Below are positions 47,366-61,348 of a stretch of DNA of 64,000 bases, piece by piece (the stretch's first letter is position 1; each line of letters starts with the position of its first letter). This stretch comes from Bigelowiella natans CCMP2755 (Eukaryota > Protista > Cercozoa). Location of the stretch: positions 19,828 to 83,827 of the forward strand of contig ADNK01000283.1 of the NCBI GenBank assembly GCA_000320545.1, given 5' to 3'. The position numbers and the translations under genes are program-made. The notes below the pieces were generated by a model. It saw only the letters and a program-made list of their open reading frames with translations. It made no database searches and was not told where the DNA came from.

Positions 47366-49029
47366 GATTCCTCTAATTTGGATTTGTTCGAATTTAATTT
47401 CAACGCTTACTATGGTTTAAAATTTCTAAATGAAGAAATGATATCCACTACTGCTCTAATCCTCGATGCGTTAAAATATTCACAATTTTATCTAATGAAT
47501 GGGGGAAACAACGAAAAGGGCTCGAGAATGCAAGCATCGTACTGTTTGCGCTTGGGGAGTGAGAATTACTTCCACGTCGATGCGGAGGGCGCTGGTTTCA
47601 GATCTTTTCTACCAATGACAATAAAAACACTTTCAGCCTTGATAATAACATTTTAAACGTTGTGTAGAGTATAAAACAATCTCATATTGTATAAAAGACA
47701 ACTATTTTCGTTGTCTCTATGGAATAATTAGAGGTTTTAATATCACTAGTACATCTTTTTGTTCTGACATAAAAAGCATTATCACTGTTAAAATATAGGG
47801 CAATTACGTTAAAAAATAGCCTTAAATATGCAAACTGCAAGAAAACAAGGTTAAGTTGCTTCGTTTGATTTCTGAATTCCCAAACTTTCCCAGACCCCCT
47901 CCCGGCGTTTTGCATGATTTTTCGATTGAGGTCGTTAATATGATTCAAAACATAGTCCTTTTTCATAGATTTCTCAAAAGCCAATATTCCCACAAGTGGT
48001 CTTAACAAAAGAACGAATGAGAGAAGAGCCAATATCAAAAACATTGTTTTTTGTACCGGTTAGGGCAACTTTATGGTTCATAAAAGTGACCAAGAGTAAC
48101 TAAGAGTCCTATATCTCCCGATTATTACTGATAAGTTTTCTCACAGTGTATTCCATATTTACGTAGAATTTTTCACTAAATATGTCTATATTGGAGACGC
48201 CCGTGAAAAAAACTATCTATTCGATTTAAATGTTAATTTTTTAAAAATAATAAACGATCTTACCACCTAAGCGCTCCAAAAGAGCCCGTTCGAACATTTA
48301 TGGCTGACGCCGGTGGAACCGCTATTATTTAGAAATTTGAAAACTACAGGATATTTTTCTCCAAATTATTATTTCAGAAGGTAAAAACAGCCTCATTCCG
48401 AAATAAATATATTATTTTCTTACGACATCATTATACATATGTCGTTCTAATTTTCGACAGATCGTTTACTTTATTGCTTCGGTCTTTCATAGGTTCATCT
48501 GCGACAGGGAGATCGTACGACTCGTACTCGTTTCATTTGTAACGCTGTACAGCCGTGTGCCCAAAAGGGAGATGAGCATGTTCTAGAAATAAATTCTTAG
48601 ATATTTTCTACGTGCTTTATGCAGTTTTGCTTTCGGACAGATGTAAACATTTCAATGTTGAAGAAATGATCTGGAATAGGGAAGGCTCACAAAATATTCG
48701 AATTAACATTAGGAATAATTTAGTCTAAAAAAATAATGTTGAATTACCCTGGTTAACAAAAATGCGACAAGGATGTCTATCGGATAAAAGAGGTGCGATA
48801 TTCTTCAAGCGACATGTAAATCATCTTGTCTCAGAGTATAAATTACGGAAGCAGACGGCTCGTTGGTTTTTTGGCTTCCCCCACAGGGCTACCCCCGAAA
48901 GGCGCCGGAACGAGAACTGCTGCTGACGGTGAAGATCCCTTTGGGGTTCTTTTAAAGAATCCGTTCAAATCGATTAAACGTTGTTGTTGTCGAGTGTCGA
49001 AATCGTTTTGGTGATATTACTACTCGAAG

Positions 49030-50654
49030 ATGGACTTGACACTGTCCAACGCCGAAAGGGAGCACCGTGCTCATGCGATGCGTGCTCATTACGCTCGGCT
49101 GAAAAAAACAAGGCCAACCATCAAAACCCGCGATCCACGTCGCCTGGAACGGATGCGTCGCTTTAAAAAGTTCCACAATGTAAAAAATAGCACCAAAGCT
49201 TCAACTGTCTCTCTTTCCTCAAAAAAATTCCGAACACTACAAATATTCACCTACACAGTTTACTCAAGCATATTCCTCATCTTCTTCATTCTGTAAAAAG
49301 GCTGGGAAGGGCGAAAAGCAGAAAAAATTGGATGATGCGAATGGAAAGCTCGTTAATCATATTACAGAAATCGCATGTCGCGTTAACAGGCGAGGTAATC
49401 CTTCTGTTCTCCAATACCCTATTTGCAGGAACGCCTCTTTTGTTTAAATCAAGTAATTCATATCTGGAATGGTGACGTAAACGCTACCGTGATAAATTAA
49501 TCCTTAGTTCCCAGCCAGAGGGTGATAGCGTATTCGGAGCACCGACGCAAAATGGCCGATTTCACCCGACTGCAGCGACAGAAGAAATTGGACCGTGAAA
49601 ACCTGGTAAGTCTAACTCACACGTTGATGTGCTACATCCATAAAAGATTGTCGCTTCATCAGGGTGAATACATAATTTTGAGATATGCCCTTAGAGTATG
49701 GAAGTTGCAAAGGAGAGTGTTGTGCTCATTAACACTCCCCCTCCTTTTAATGCATTTCAGAAAATCGCTCAGCGACTATTGAATCGGACCTCAGTGTACA
49801 ACAAAAAGAAATGGTGGGGAGTAAGATTTAATATAAGATATTGGGGAAGGGGGGAAGAGGTGACATACGTTACAAATTTATAATTTTTTTCATGTATTTA
49901 TGCATGTTAGCTTTTTAAGCTTGTAGAGAGGGAAAGAACATCGTCATTAACCCCCCCCCCGTCGTTTAATATTCTTAAAAATTTGCATATCATATGCACC
50001 CGAGTGAGATGCAAAAACAACAACCATTCCCTTCTCACCCCACTCAATACAGGAAAAAGGACTTTGTGAAATTTGATAAAATGAAGAGGCACCTGTCCAA
50101 AGCCTCATATTACATGAAGGACCAGAAGAAATTTAGCGTAAGTACACAAGAAATACCAAACTAATTTCCCGAATTGGTGATAATTTTATCGAGCACTTGT
50201 GCGCAGGTATCTCCCCCTCCAATGCTGCAGCCTCTGTCATCCGAGCTGCGTGACAGCCATATTCGCAAACTCGAATCAGATAGATTCGAAAGGAGATCTT
50301 ATAGGCCCGAGAGGAAACGAGGGAAATCAGGTCTTTGTTATTTAAAGTTAGTAGTCGTTCTCCCGTCCTTGTTATTGATGGATGGGAAGTAAATCCAGGC
50401 CTATGATGATGATGGTGATGATGATGATGATGATGATGATGATGTGTGTGTGTGTGTGTGTGTGTTGCATTATGATATTGTGCCCAAGAACATACGAACA
50501 CGCGTATGCGCGCACACACACAACACACACACGGATAGATATATAGATCTCACTATTATTGATTCAGCTCCCCCCGAGCTTCAACCAATCATCCTCGAAG
50601 AAGAAAGGAACTTCATGAGGATGGAAAACAAGTATTCGAAAGCAAAACACACAC

Positions 50655-50695
<41 letters not shown>

Positions 50696-51448
50696 TATAT
50701 ACATGTGCGTGTGTGTGTGTATAAATTTTTATGTTGTTAATGTACCTTGGCCATGTTATTATATAGCTATGTTTCTTCTCTCACACGTGTTTTAAGTAGT
50801 AGTCGAGTGGTGCCGAAAAAGCATTACCAAATCAATGCCATCGTCTGTCCGCCGAGGAATGATAGTTTTTTTGCTGTTGCGCAAGGACGAGATGTGCCGC
50901 AGCAACTGGTACTAATGGAAAGAAGAGGCGCTCGAGCAGGAGTCTTAAAATATGCATCTTAGGTTCAGTTCCATCACCATCACATCATATTTCGCATTTA
51001 CAAATACGTGTTCATGCACGCCCAGGCATTCTTCGTTTTCCCTCCTTTGTGTTCTTACTTATTTTTATATATTAGGCCCCCCTGCGAGTGGCCGCGACAT
51101 CCAATGCGAACGGATTTGCAAGAAATTCGGGGTGGGTATGATCAGCGTCGGAGAGATCATAGACAAGGAAATGGTAAAAAGGTCGGAATTTGGGATAAAG
51201 TGCGAGAGATACGTCGATGAGCGTAGGCTAATACCTGACAAAATTATCTCGCAAATGGTACTGAAACGTCTACAAGCCAACACGAGCAAAGGTACTACGA
51301 CACATCGGAACGAGCACCACAAAAAAACTTCACGTTTTATCACAACCTACTTCGATCAAATCGTTCCGTCTAAGTTAAAAGTTTCGTATGCGTGTGGATG
51401 CACACAACACGACACGACACGGCACCTCGCAGGCATGCACACGCATGG

Positions 51449-51491
<43 letters not shown>

Positions 51492-51879
51492 TTGGGTAGT
51501 GGACGGTTTCCCGCGAACAAAAGTCCAAGCAGAGGTCCCCTTCACTAAATCATACGCAACCCACGATAAACAACAAACGCATTTGATTCCGTCGGAGCAG
51601 CACGCTTTGCAAGAAGAAAGGGAAAACATAGTATTTGTCGGTGCGGTGGAAAAACTGCGGACTCGTCTCCTTTTAAATCCTCAAGTTGCGGCAGCGTTGG
51701 TCTCACATCAGAATGCTTCGATAGGAAATGAAAAAGGCCGGGATTTCCGTCGATTTGATCCTGGTGCTGGATATGGGAGACGATGTGGAGAAAGTGAAGG
51801 AGCGCGTCATTGGAAGGTATATCAGAAGAGGGGGGGGAGAAGAAGGGTTTCATGCATAGAGCGAAAAAAAATACACACG

Positions 51880-51926
<47 letters not shown>

Positions 51927-52513
51927 TTGTGTGAGTGTGTGTATGTTTATTATCAATTTTATGTTGTTATCTGCTGAGTTCCTATACATAAACATGCTCG
52001 TTGCGATCATCATCTTATCGTAATCTTGCACCCCCCCTCCCAACCTCCCTTCTTGTGCTGATAATGAATTCGACAGAATGTGGGACCCTGACACTGGTAC
52101 AATGTACCATGATAGGTACAGCTCTCTTATCTATCTCCCATCTTAGCGTCATCCATGCAAACGAGACAGCAGAGAGGGAGGGAAAGTGACGAAGAGAAAG
52201 AGAGGGGGGAGAGATTAAGATCCAGTTGGAAATTTTGGAGCTTCTGCATTCTGTTTTTCTCTGAGTTTTTACCCCGCCCTCCCCCCTGCCTCCTCGTCCT
52301 CCAGGTTTTACCAGGCAAGGGATAATGCAGTGCGGCACAGACTTGTCAGACGTAAGTATCATAACGGGAAGAGGAGGAGGAGGAGAGGAAAATAGCAACT
52401 CACACAGCTCATCACCTTGCTGTATACTCAAATCGTCTCTCGTGTTATATACCATGGGGCCACTTACTTAATATTAAAAGTCGTAAATTGCCTCGATTCT
52501 TCCCTCTCTCTCT

Positions 52514-52555
<42 letters not shown>

Positions 52556-52778
52556 ATCGCTCTCGCTTTGACAGGCCCTCAGGATGGGGAAGAAGAGGTT
52601 AAAAGAGCATTAGAGAATTCAGTAAAGTCGTTGCAGGTGCATCATCATCATCATCATCATCATCATCATATTGAAATAAATGTGTGGATAATCTACATGT
52701 TGCCTTGTGTGGCCTATGCTATTCCTATTATATAGTTACGTATACTCCTATATAAATACACAAATGCATAAATACACA

Positions 52779-52824
<46 letters not shown>

Positions 52825-53095
52825 ATTACTAGGCTGCGCTGAAGGGGCCTTTCAAGAACTCAGTGAGACAGGTAATTCATCCATCAGCGAAGCGTAGATA
52901 AATTGCATTTTTCCTTAAATAGTAATTCGGAGCAAGTAGTGTCCTAAGAGGCACGAAATGAAACGATAAAGTGATGAGATCATCTACTTCTTCTGACTTT
53001 GCACGTGTGGTGACAGGTCTCTAGTAAGGCAAGGAGAACCGACGAGATCTTCGGCGAAGTGCAAGGTTTTATGCAGCCATCATTACCATCATAGT

Positions 53096-53135
<40 letters not shown>

Positions 53136-53139
53136 TGCA

Positions 53140-53174
<35 letters not shown>

Positions 53175-53438
53175 TTGTGTGTTACGTGTATGCTCTGCAT
53201 CGTCCTGCTTGCACAGCACGAATGTTTCGTATCCACTTATGGTACTTTCGTCGGCAGATGTTATCGTATCGGTGAAGAAGCAGAAAAGGCGCCGCAGCTT
53301 GGGCGGAAGTATATCAGAGGTAGTAGTAGTCGTAGTAGTAGTAGTAGTAGTAGTAGTAGTGCTTAAAAGCTCCTGATTCTAGACTAGTGAGAAACGGCAG
53401 AATTTTACCATTCATTTATTGATGCAACTCCCCATATA

Positions 53439-53485
<47 letters not shown>

Positions 53486-54968
53486 TAATATATGTAATAT
53501 GTTGTGTGTGTGTGTGTGTGTTTGTGTGTGTGTTACACAATAACGGCCTGATCTCTAGTGATTGTATCGTGTCTGTGGCAAATTATTAATAATATCAAGG
53601 GGATATCCTGATACGGCTAAAAAATGATTGTCTTGCTGCTGTTTCTCTTCCATGTTCTCGTCCTCGTTCCCCCCCCCCCCCTTTCCTTCACCCAAAAAGG
53701 ACCCTGACGGCGGCCTAGAAGACTCGGGTATGATGATAGGAAGTAAGGAAGCAAGCTCTCCATCCCGACGCAAACGAGACGTTGCTTCGATGGAGAGGCG
53801 GACCAAGAACAAAGAGTCATCATCCTCCCCTTTAACGACGGGTGAAAAAGCTGCTGCTTCTCCTGGCACATCAATATCAACTACAATACCTGCTGGTGGT
53901 AGGGCGGAGGGGAAGGAGCATGAGGAGAGAACAGAGAAGTCGCGTGATGCAATGGAAAGCAGCGACAGCGACAACAAAAAGGAGAAGAAGAAGAAGATAA
54001 CCTTTGCGCCGAGTGTAGAGAACAAGGCTACTGAGCCGGTCGTGAATGAGGAGGGCAACAATGCGGAAGAGTCACTTGTAAAGGTGGTTGCATGCTTTGT
54101 GGCAGGGACCTCCTCGATGATGATGATGATGGTGATGATGATGACGACGATGATGGTGGTGGTAGTGGTGGTGATGATAATTGACACGACGATGATGATG
54201 AGGATGATGATGATGAGAAACTCGAAGAATGGTCGAGGGGGGTGGCTTTGAAGATGATGATTCTCTCAATGACTCGTCACTACATTACGCTGTCGTCGTC
54301 ATCATCAGGAGGGTACAGAGCTAGGTACTGAGCTAGGGTCTGAACTCAATTTGAGCATGACTGATGCCGGGGAGCATTCGCTCACCATTGGCGGGGTAAG
54401 CGAGGCAGATGCAAAGGTAAACAACTCTGATATATGAAGGCGTACAGCATTGTTCTGTGATGCTTGACTTCCAAGCCAATGAGAGCACATCGATAGCACT
54501 ATTGTCTTTCAACACGGCCACAATGTCTTCCCGCGAGGAGGAGGAGGACTGCCGTAAAGGAATAAGCGTTTCAGCTGCATGAATGATACAGATGCCTCGC
54601 GTTGTTTTCTCTGTTGTTCGGTCAGGCTGATGGCGGGGACGAAGAAGACTATGATCTTTCAGTGACAGAGGCAAAGTCAGCTTCGGTCCTACCAGACACA
54701 CAGGGGAAAGCAGAACAAAAAGAGGAGGAGGAAGAAGAAGAGGATGATTATGAGGATGATGATTATGAAGATGATGAGGACGACGCCGACAATCAACACG
54801 CTCCGAAAGGTTATGTGACTGAGTGTATGGCATGAGTATTATTCTACTGTTTCTTTCATCTTCGTAGATACGTTTGTATTCCCCGAGATGAAGAATGAAA
54901 CCATCGTTAGAGAGAGAGATGTAGCATGTAGGGCGCTTTCAGGAGAATTTCTTCGAGTTTGGAAATAA
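49030..54968 (+). CDS. CFAP97/Hemingway-like domain fused to adenylate-kinase domain, with acidic low-complexity tail
   Basis: N-terminal HYARLKKTRPTIKTRDP...KLDDANGKLVNHI and RQKKLDRENL|KIAQRLLNRTSVYNKKKW (CFAP97-like). Then LKICIL|GPPASGRDIQCERICKKFGVGMISVGEII, LIPDKII, GWVVDGFPRT, RMWDPDTGTMYH, RLVR|RPQD (ADK core + LID). 3' end approximate (54968-55207). Confidence 0.78.
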
Positions 54969-56010
54969 GATATAAATTGCCCAGCGTTCAAGAAGACGCC
55001 ATCGACGTACATTCGTTGACAACCTGGAAAATTGTTACATTATTATATAATATGTATATGTTTGAAAGTGCATCGATTCTCCCTCTTCTTTTTCGGGGTC
55101 TGTGCTGACTACGTGTTTCTTGCACAGATGGCTTGAAATTCGAAAGCGAAAAAGGTACTTCTCACACGCAGAATACCTATACAGTTGTTGAGGGAGATCT
55201 ACAGTGATCCGCTCGGAAATGAAGGAGAATATCCGTGGCATAGCCCTCTCTCATCTTACACGTTTTGCAGCAAAAAATTTTATTTTCCTCTGTTAGACTC
55301 ATGCGGCTATGTATAATGAAAGACACGTACGTGCAATTTCGTGAGGGCTCTCCTCTCTCACCCATGACATCTACATGCTCCCAGTGGCATCTGCGTGAAG
55401 CAGCATGCATGATTAAGGGCTGAAGCTATGATGGGCATCGCTAGATTGGTTTGCTATAGCGCTAAAACGATATTGCTGATGCTGCTATCACAATGCCGGA
55501 CGCAATGAATGCTAGCTAGCATTATTAGCATGCATGTACGACATGCGCCAGCGCTAGCAGTGCACCGTATTCGATGGTGCATTCTAGCATTTGAAAAAAT
55601 AATAGACACAGTATTCCTATTACGTGGTGTCCATCTGATAAAAAACAAATTACGACGATACGCTGTGTGACCGACAAGAAGCAGGCGATGTGTCACGCAA
55701 CGCTAGAACGACAGACTGCGCTGATCGAGATGCACGCAGAGCTGTCCAATGAGCTAATGAAATGATCGACATCGTATCTGGTTTGGTCCATCTACACAGA
55801 TGGCGGCGGCGTCGCGTGCTGCTATGTAGCTCATGCTCGATCAAATGCGTGCATACTGCATCGGTCGTACGTAGCATGCGTGCATGTATATACATGTCTC
55901 GATGTATGCATGCACACTCTTCCCTGAACAATGCACTTTACTATTTCAAGTGATGATGCATCCATAGTATCTATGAGAATCGGATTCACAATTCATTTGG
56001 TGGAAGATAA

Positions 56011-56505
56011 TCAGCGGCGCTGACGCTTAGTGTTAGCGTTCTGTTTCGCACGATTCATCTGGTCTTGCCACGAATCATGATCGAAGTAGTGGCTCATCTA
56101 GGGGGGAGGGGGGGGGGGGGGGGGAAGAAAAAACAAGTAATCAATACAATAAAAATACTAATAGTCAATAGCCAACAATATTGTTTGGATATGAGACACT
56201 GATTTGTGTTCTTTTACATTGAAATATTTCACTATTTTGTCATTCTTCTTCTTCTGTCGTTGTCTTCTCTGGGATCTCTTTCTCTCTCTTTCTCTGGGTG
56301 GCTCTATGAAGGTACTACCATTCTCTCCTCCCGATTAACTGGAACGCCCTTCCTCTCAAAATAGGTTTCATTGCCCGACCTGGTGATTGATGATGAGTTG
56401 ATGATGGTTATGATGGTGAATGATGACGGCGAGGAGGAGGAGGAGGAGGAAATCAAGCAGGTGCTACAATAGACAGCATAAATTTGGTAGACAGGAGGAG
56501 AACCC

Positions 56506-56545
<40 letters not shown>

Positions 56546-56602
56546 CTTCGTATCTCATCATAAGAGATTGACGTCGGTAGTGTCATCACACACACGCATG
56601 CA

Positions 56603-56636
<34 letters not shown>

Positions 56637-57459
56637 TACTAATGCAGGTATTTATATTCACCAGTTGACACACATGTTATATATCTCAGTGTATGTTGTT
56701 AACGCACGAGTTGACACACATGTTATATATCTCAGTGTATGTTGTTAACGTACGAGTTGACACACATGTTATATATCTCAGTGTATGTTGTTAACGTACG
56801 AGTTGACACACATGTTATATCTCTCAGTGTATGTTGTTAACGTACGAGCTGAATCGGCCTGAGCGTTTGTTGAAGGACGCCACCGAGGCGTATGGAGCGA
56901 CTTTGGCTGTTATTTGTTGTTGGAAGAACATCAACACCGACAGTCACCATCACCTTCACCATCCCGAAATTACTCTCCTTCAGGGAAAAGAAGAAAGAGG
57001 AGGAGGAGGAGGAGGAGAAGAAGAAGAAGAAGAAGAAGGGCTTGCCGATACGGAAAGCACCGACGGTTCTAGAGCTGTACCTTCTTGCGAGTGCCGGCCT
57101 TGAAAGGGATTGGGTCTGATGGGGTTAGCGCCTACAGGAGCTCCCCATGGTGCTGCTGCTGCTACCCCCCCCACCTCCACGGTTGTCGATCTTGTCTAAC
57201 GTCTGCGTGCATATGAGTCACGTGGGGGGGGGGGAGGGTGAATATCCATGCGTGTGTGCGAGCATGAGTGTGAGTGTGTGTGTGTGTGTATGTGTGTGTG
57301 TATGTGTGTGCAGATACTAGGAGATCTCTGTACCTTTGAAAGAGCAGATTCAGTATCTATCTGGGCTTGCATTGCCATAGCTCCTGATGGGTGATGAGAG
57401 GTTGATGCAACAACAAACAGCGTCAGTCACCGCACGCACTAGCGGAGGATGAGGAGTAA

Positions 57460-57490
<31 letters not shown>

Positions 57491-57562
57491 TTTTATTTAT
57501 ATCAGATTATATGTAAGAAGAGAAACTATATGATGCGTGCGCGTATGCGTGAGAGAGGGAGA

Positions 57563-57610
<48 letters not shown>

Positions 57611-58291
57611 GAGCATCGTTGCTCCAATTCGCCACGAATTTTACTAGAGCTACAACAACAACAACAACTTCTACTACTACTGCTACTACTACTAAAAGAA
57701 GCACCAGTCGGGTTGACCCCCCCTCTCCTTCCTTGCTGCTGCTGCTGCTGATGGTGATGGAACGAAGGAGGAGGGTGGTTCCTCATCATAGGGAGGCGTG
57801 GTTGCATGGGTTGTTTAGCGACAGATTGGCCAGGGGGAAGCTTGAAAGCTGCAGGTCTCTGCATGATGGGGATGTATAGCTGCGCTGGGTCGCTTTCCAA
57901 TCGTATCCGAACCTAGATGATGATGATGATGATGAAGATGATACGACGACGAAAAAGGAAGCAGACCGATCGGTGACGATGGTAGTGATGTGATGATGAT
58001 GATGAAGGCGGTACAATGTATAGCCTACGATAATGATGCTTCTTCTCAACGATATAAACATAAATATAAATAAATGTATATATATCTTCAATACACATGC
58101 TCCGCTGTAACACCTGAGCACCCAAAGCTTTCGTCTGAAACCATGAGCGCATCTGTGCTGTCGTCCACGGACTGAGGAGGGGGGGGGGGGAGGAGGAGGA
58201 GAGAAGGAAAATGAGAGGTGCAGCTTCATTTTACTACTACCAGCAGCACTGTTAGGTACAGCATATCATCACCACATCCGCCACCGGCAAA

Positions 58292-58361
<70 letters not shown>

Positions 58362-59483
58362 AACACACGAACAAATTTTTGTTTTATTAGTACAACAGCC
58401 ACTACTACTACGTCCTACTGCTGCTACCCTTGAGGCTTGCCAGAGTCATCGAGGTACACCCACTTCGAGGTCTCATCACCCGGGTTCAGACCAACGCGCG
58501 GGGGTGGAGGAGGGCGTGAGCCAGCAGGCACCATCCCCCCCCCCTGTGGCCTCATCATCATATGGTGGCCAGGAGGCGGGGGGCGATGATGCTGAGGACC
58601 ACCGGGCAGTAACGGGGAGGAGCGGGGAACCATGGCTCCCCCACCCCCACCCCCTCCTCCTCCTCCACCACCACCACCACCAAGGTGCATCTGCGGATGG
58701 AAAGGGGGCCGTTGATGTTGGTTTGGAAAGGGATGTAGCGGGGGCTGCTGCTGTTGCTGATTGGCAGTGCTGCTACCAGGTCCTTGTAACACGGCCTTGG
58801 CCTTATCTCCCATTACTTGCCATGGAGCTGCTGCGCCTCCACTGCTACTACTAGTATTGTTGTTGTTGTTGTTGTTATTCCCTCCCATCATCTGCCATGG
58901 GGCTGCACCACCGGCCGAGCCAGTATTGTTGTTGTTGTTGTTGTTGTTGTTGCCGTTGACAGCAGCAGCTCCACCGTTCCCGCCATTAGCCATCGTGCTG
59001 TCGCTATTGCTGTTGTTGTTGTTGTTGTTGTTGTTACTGCCCCCGGATGGGAGCTGGGGCGGCTTGACCTCGGGCCTGCATGCAGCAAGAAGGCAGACGA
59101 CGACGACGACGATGATGATGATGATGAGCGCACGGCCACGAATCACAACTTAACGGAGCAACGATAACTACCACGACTACAACCTACTACCGCTACTGTT
59201 TGATGTGTAAATTAATATAAGGCGATTTCATAACCTTTCTATGGTCCGTGGTAGGACTACTACTACTACTAATAATAATAATAATAATAACAATAACAAT
59301 ATCACTACCGAGGAAGGTATTTGAAGTTCCATTGCCTGGCTCCCAGCGGAGCAATGTCCTTCTCCGATGACGATTTTCGAACACGCGTACTTTCATTGAA
59401 GTACCCACTTCGGTACCATTCCCTCATTTGCTCCTGGCATCGTTGTGGTAGAGGCAATAGGTGTTTCAGTAGTGGTAGTAGTC

Positions 59484-59515
<32 letters not shown>

Positions 59516-59516
59516 C

Positions 59517-59549
<33 letters not shown>

Positions 59550-59619
59550 AGAGCAGTAAGAGAAAGAGTAGTAACAGCAGCAGTGGTAGTAGTAGCAGAA
59601 ATAAAGGACGAAGTAACAA

Positions 59620-59661
<42 letters not shown>

Positions 59662-59855
59662 CGCTCATAGACATGCTAATAGCAACGTGGCTATTACTAC
59701 TACTACTACTACTCGTACATCAATGTTATTAGCAAGTAGCAGCGGTGACGTGGTGGGGGGCAGGGCACCTCTGAGTAAGGGCCTTTTTCTTCTCCTGCAT
59801 CGTCAATATAGTGATACCTAGCCAACATCCAGAAGAAGTATTACTCAGTTACACG

Positions 59856-59916
<61 letters not shown>

Positions 59917-61348
59917 TACAGATACAAAGTCAAATGCCTTCTTGGCTTGCTCCCCCTCTCCACTTTCGATTGTTTCTGTGGTGAAAAATGGTGTTCTTCT
60001 TACATTTTGCCAGCCTCGACGTCACGCTTCCTCTTGGCTGCTATAAGGTCTTCCCGGTGCTTGTCGGGGAGAAAATCAGGGATTTCCTGCATAGTTTCAA
60101 ATAATTCAACATCAGTATTAATCATCAGGAAAAAGAGAAGATTGGGGGCCCTCTCTGTCTACGCACACACACAGAGGAAGAGGAAAGAGAATGACAAACC
60201 TCTTTGATGGGCTTGAATTCACCATCGGCCCTGACTCACGGAAACGATTTTTGCCAAACAACAAGAAGGGGAGAAGATGGTGATGGTGAGCGCATCGGAT
60301 TGTTTTGAGCAGAAATCTGGAATCCACCGCCCCTCCTCCTACTTCACGAGTAGTCCCACACATGTTCACCCAATTCTCTCTCCCTCATTGAGTTGTTAAA
60401 TTTATCGTTTCTGCAGCAGATAAATTAGTGCTGCAGTAAGTACTACCCGGCGCTCGTTCTCCGAATCGGTGTATCTGGCGTGAAGAAACCGAGCTTATAC
60501 CACTGCTCCATCTGCGAGTCGGGGAATGGGCCTTGGACAGCGTCGTTGTCATCTTTGTAGTGCCACTCTTCTTCGGGAACTATTACATCAATATGCACAT
60601 AGTACAACAACCGAATCTGCTCTTATTTCTCCTCTAAAAACACATAGGTCTCGATGAATGTAGGCAGACGATGGATTTAGTTTGGCAAGCACGCTCAAGT
60701 ATTATGTGTTGTATGCAACTATGCTATCTAGAAGCCTGCGTTTTTTCGTACTGAGCATGTCCTCCTCGTCTATTTCGTCATCGCTATAATCTCGGTCGTC
60801 GTTCTTTGGATCGGGTGGGGAGAGACAGACATAATAAGGATATATGAATACGAAACCAAAGGCGCACGCATGCACACACAAAGTGCTACGTCTCAGGGAT
60901 ATTTTACAAGGTATTGAAGAATAATTTGGGATATTTTACAAAAGTATTGAAGAATAATTTGTGGTATACTATTCCATAACTACATCGGCGCCTCCTCCTC
61001 CCCCCGATGAAAGGAATGGGTTCTCATCGAAATCGCCTAGCCGTCTGAACTGCGACGGCAGCTCCTCTGGGTCATCACTGATGCGGCTCGAATCATCCAA
61101 ATATCCCGCCTCCATCCATCCCAACATGTTCTTACTGGGGAACGGCCCTTGAACTTTACCTGTAGCGACATATTTCTATCTCACACCGCATAGCGAGCAA
61201 GTAGCGCGCCGCCCTCTGTGTTGTATCTGGTGCGTTGAGTCGTCTGTAGGGGTCAGTTTTTTCCACAGCGCACAATACAGTCACTAATACCATTGTCGTC
61301 GACGTAACGCCATGATTTTGCCTCCTCCTTCGCGTCTCCACCTGCCAT
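56011..61348 (-). CDS. Protein with four GYF domains, Pro/Gly/Asn-rich linkers and a conserved-looking C-terminal motif
   Basis: SWRYVDDN|GKVQGPFPSKNMLGWMEAGYL; EWHYKDDNDAVQGPFPDSQMEQWYKLGFF; YHYIDDAGEEKGPYSE|EQMREWYRSGYF; KWVYLDDSGKPQG|PWTTAQMRSWFQ. Tail YASVASFNKRSGRFS|SGNETYFERKGVPVNREERM|MSHYFDHDSWQDQMN...RQRR*. Confidence 0.85.
56663..56848. repeat. Intronic minisatellite, 4 x 46 bp
   Basis: Unit agttgacacacatgttatatatctcagtgtatgttgttaacgtacg at 56663, 56709, 56755 and 56801, with 0-1 mismatches per copy. Confidence 0.95.
60896..60961. repeat. Intronic ~32-bp direct duplication
   Basis: gggatattttacaa(gg/aaag)tattgaagaataattt occurs twice. Confidence 0.85.

Noticed and set aside
56663-56848. 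Possible CRISPR-like array
   Set aside because: Contiguous tandem units with no unique spacers, inside a eukaryotic intron, and no cas genes.
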